Below, in pieces: positions 62,851 through 64,000 of a stretch of 64,000 nucleotides of DNA; the stretch's first letter is position 1, and each line of letters begins with the position of its first letter. The DNA comes from Octopus sinensis. Taxonomy: Eukaryota. A program made the translations under genes and the position numbers. The stretch covers positions 162,254,001-162,318,000 of the forward strand of contig NC_042997.1 in the NCBI RefSeq assembly GCF_006345805.1, in the 5' to 3' direction. The notes below the pieces were generated by a model. That model was given only the letters and a program-made list of their open reading frames with translations, did not search any database and was not told where the DNA came from.

Positions 62851-63691
62851 CAGGATGCGATGGATAAATTGTCGCCCTTTTATATTTTTTTATTTCGTGC
62901 ATGCGAATTGCTTTTGATTTTGTCAACTACTCAGTATAGTAGGGTCAGATGGGCACTGTCTGTGAGGAAAACAGCGCTCTGACGTAATTCACTCTGCCAG
63001 AAATTTAGAAACGACATGCTGTACTGTTTGTATTTGCACCAGAAACTCCAATACGAACATTTGAGAGTGTTTTGGTGTCAATATAAGGACAGTGCAGTGG
63101 ATTCAGAAAGAGTTGGATGAGTTTAATGGTGATTACGAAGGTGCCTGGCGTGATCAGTAGTGATGGCGACGTTATGCCTCTATTTATCTTCCCACACGGC
63201 CTCAGACTCAACACGGAAGCCTACATCAAGTGCCAGGACGAGGTAATACTGCCCTCAGTCAAGAGGGTGGCTGCTGGAAGATCCTATGTTTGGCTGAACG
63301 TTGCACCACACCACACAAGCAGGAGTATACAGTCATGACCGCCAGATAATTTCTATGACCACATCACCTCTAATATCTGGCCACTTAACTCCCCAGACTG
63401 CAACACTCTTGATTATTATGTGTGGGGTGCAGTTGAGCGAGAGATCAACAAAACTCTTTGTAACACCAAATATGAACTGAAGGCAAGAAGACCGTCCAGA
63501 AGAGTAGCAGGAGATTCCGAAGTCGTCCGAAGGCCGTTGTTGTAGCCAATGGCGATTTCATTGAATAAATTTACTCTTTAGTATTTCAAGATATTTTTAT
63601 GTAATTTTGGTAAATGTAGCTGTTAAAATGAGATGACAGTGTTATTTTCAGTTTTGCGTAATTTAGACAATAGTTTATTCACCGCACCCTG
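62851..63691 (+). mobile_element. Internally deleted Tc1/mariner element (maT/DD37D-like)
   Basis: TIR-like caggatgcgatggataaatt and tttattcaccgcaccctg + TA; GVISSDGDVMPLFIFPHGLRLNTEAYIKC; IWPLNSPDCNTLDYYVWGAVER. Confidence 0.82.
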
Positions 63692-63860
63692 TATGTATGT
63701 ATGTATGTATGTATGTATGTATGTATGTATGTATGTATGTATGTATGTATGTATGTATTTATGTATGTATGTATGTATGTATTTATGTATGTATGTATGT
63801 ATGCATGTATGTATGTATGTATATACATACATACATACATACATACATACATACATACAT
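63692..63860. repeat. (TATG)n immediately followed by (CATA)n (inverted microsatellite)
   Basis: Direct reading. Confidence 0.92.
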
Positions 63861-64000
63861 CAAATGGATGCGTCACGTTCAATGAAATAATAAATAATAC
63901 ATAATATATGATATATATCTATCTATCTATCTATATATATATATGCATAGATGGACACAGGGCGTTACGAACGGTGCAAATAACATGAAATACGTAAACA

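Overview
AT-rich, repeat-dense eukaryotic DNA from a coleoid cephalopod, most likely an Octopus species (inferred from the reflectin gene and the repeat families). There is one clear host gene: an intact reflectin on the minus strand (CDS 47007-48272, 421 aa, N-terminal reflectin motif plus 7 repeat motifs, single coding exon). The rest is mostly transposon relics (hAT, several Tc1/mariner, Tigger/pogo, Chapaev-like, Gypsy, RTE and CR1 LINEs, Penelope-like, a small Helitron), several tRNA-derived SINE families and microsatellites. An old, collinear segmental duplication links about 1-7.6 kb to about 21-26.8 kb. The most novel-looking signal is several unrelated short elements carrying Penelope-type minimal hammerhead ribozyme folds. 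One is a composite tRNA-head + microsatellite + hammerhead-tail SINE seen at two loci. Almost all ORFs in the supplied track are microsatellite or TE artefacts. All alignments, counts and folds were done by eye. TE boundaries are approximate (tens of bp) unless termini are quoted.
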